Shown piece by piece: positions 62,868 through 64,000 of a stretch of DNA of 64,000 nt; the stretch's first letter is position 1, and every line of letters begins with the position of its first letter. This DNA is from Nitrospirota bacterium (GTDB taxonomy: Bacteria; Nitrospirota; UBA9217). The notes beneath the pieces were generated by a model that saw only the letters and a program-made list of their open reading frames with translations, was not told where the DNA came from and searched no databases. The stretch is from assembly GCA_963737155.1 (NCBI GenBank), contig CAVTRN010000002.1, positions 2,784,001-2,848,000 of the forward strand, given 5' to 3'. A program made the position numbers and the translations under genes.

Positions 62868-64000
62868 TCAGACCTTCGGATTCGGCACCGAGGGCCTGTT
62901 ATTTCCGCCTTTTCTCCTTCGTCTTCTGCGGTGCGGACTCATATGCTTCTCGCGGTTATCCTGAATTTCCTTTTGCTCAGCTTGCGTAAGAGGGTTGGCC
63001 CTGATAAATTCATTCCACCACGCCCGAAGCTCTTTTCGCTCTCCCGTGACCTCGCTTGTGAATTGGAGATACTCGTAAGCGTCTCTGAAACCCGGCCGGC
63101 GCAAGAAAAACCGTGGATGTTTGCCCTCACGCTTCTCGAACCGATGCTGGTTCCAGTAGATATCACGCATCATCAACCCAACTTTTTTGGGAATCATAAC
63201 CCGGTGCGCTTCTTCCGTAAGGGTTTCCGCAACCGCCTTTGTCGCGGCCTCCACTGAATTTGCCCCGTCGTTCCTCAGCAGGTCTGCCTTTTCCTCAATG
63301 TACTGTCCGAACAGCAGAGTAAACAGCATATGAGGCTGTACTGGCCGGCCCGACTGCACGCAGGTGTCGATCCACTCAAAGGCCTTCCCGAGCCTGGTGT
63401 GAGGAAATCCATCGGTCTCCGAATCTACCCACTCGTTGAGATGTGGGAAAATCACCCTGTAAAGGCCCGTCTTTCTGAGCAGCTGGTAGGTCCGTTCCCC
63501 TTCACCGAGCAGAAACAGCTTCAGGACTTCCTCGTACATGCGTGCGGGAGAAGCGAGTGCAACCTTTTCCTTCAGCTCCAGCAGGGCGTGATAAGTGTTT
63601 TCTTCGATTTCGAACCCAAGCTGGGCGGCAAAACGCACTGCGCGCACCATGCGTACAGGATCCTCGGTAAAGCGTATCACGGGGTCGCCGATGGTGCGGA
63701 TCATGCCTTTGCGGAGGTCTTCCATTCCACCCACATAGTCGATAACCGAGAAATCGCTTATATTATAGAACATTGCATTCACCGTAAAATCGCGCCGGAG
63801 GGCGTCTTCTTCCGGTGTGCCGAAAACATTATCGCGGAGAATCATACCGCCTTCGGTTTTGAGAATCCGCGATGACTTCGGTTTCAGGACAACACCGGAT
63901 GTCGAAAACGTCCCACCGTTGACTGACACCTTACCTTCTGGTACCGAAGGTGCTTCAAACCCAGACGGCGAAACTTGGTCAAGAGCCGGTGCCGCGGGTC
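62868..64000 (-). CDS. pcnB: poly(A) polymerase I, C-terminal part (starts beyond the window)
   Basis: RDNVFGTPEEDALRRDFTVNA; EDPVRMVRAVRF; Arg-rich tail. Confidence 0.92.
   Translation of the reverse strand, partial: PAAPALDQVSPSGFEAPSVPEGKVSVNGGTFSTSGVVLKPKSSRILKTEGGMILRDNVFGTPEEDALRRDFTVNAMFYNISDFSVIDYVGGMEDLRKGMIRTIGDPVIRFTEDPVRMVRAVRFAAQLGFEIEENTYHALLELKEKVALASPARMYEEVLKLFLLGEGERTYQLLRKTGLYRVIFPHLNEWVDSETDGFPHTRLGKAFEWIDTCVQSGRPVQPHMLFTLLFGQYIEEKADLLRNDGANSVEAATKAVAETLTEEAHRVMIPKKVGLMMRDIYWNQHRFEKREGKHPRFFLRRPGFRDAYEYLQFTSEVTGERKELRAWWNEFIRANPLTQAEQKEIQDNREKHMSPHRRRRRRKGGNNRPSVPNPKV

Overview
Bacterial chromosome window, about 50% GC by eye. The gene content suggests an anaerobic Nitrospirota/Desulfobacterota-type organism, but that is inference only. 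The right third is housekeeping (radA, folA, smpB, priA, nrdR, dCMP deaminase, glyA, rpiB, rsmE, pcnB). The left two thirds are a patchwork of intact genes, pseudogenes and mobile DNA: a complete IS607 (TnpA+TnpB) with resolvable ends, a decayed second copy carrying a nested MITE, an intact IS630, two IS200 relics flanking nth, a decayed IS605-type TnpB element, an orphan copy of its right end/omegaRNA, and an ORF-less group II intron relic. There are three main observations. (1) Two genes are split in the ORF track by in-frame TGA codons followed by SECIS-like hairpins: a HesB-like selenoprotein and a 645-aa membrane-anchored multiheme cytochrome c with a probable selenocysteine. (2) An operon couples a split CbcL-like nonaheme c/cytochrome b quinol oxidoreductase to a UbiE/MenG methyltransferase and a B12-radical SAM enzyme, a candidate quinone-tailoring module. 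(3) A DUF2844/DUF3443 pair (pepsin-like motifs) is switched off by a perfect 22-bp duplication. No tRNA, rRNA or CRISPR array was seen. All family assignments come from motif recognition, not database searches.
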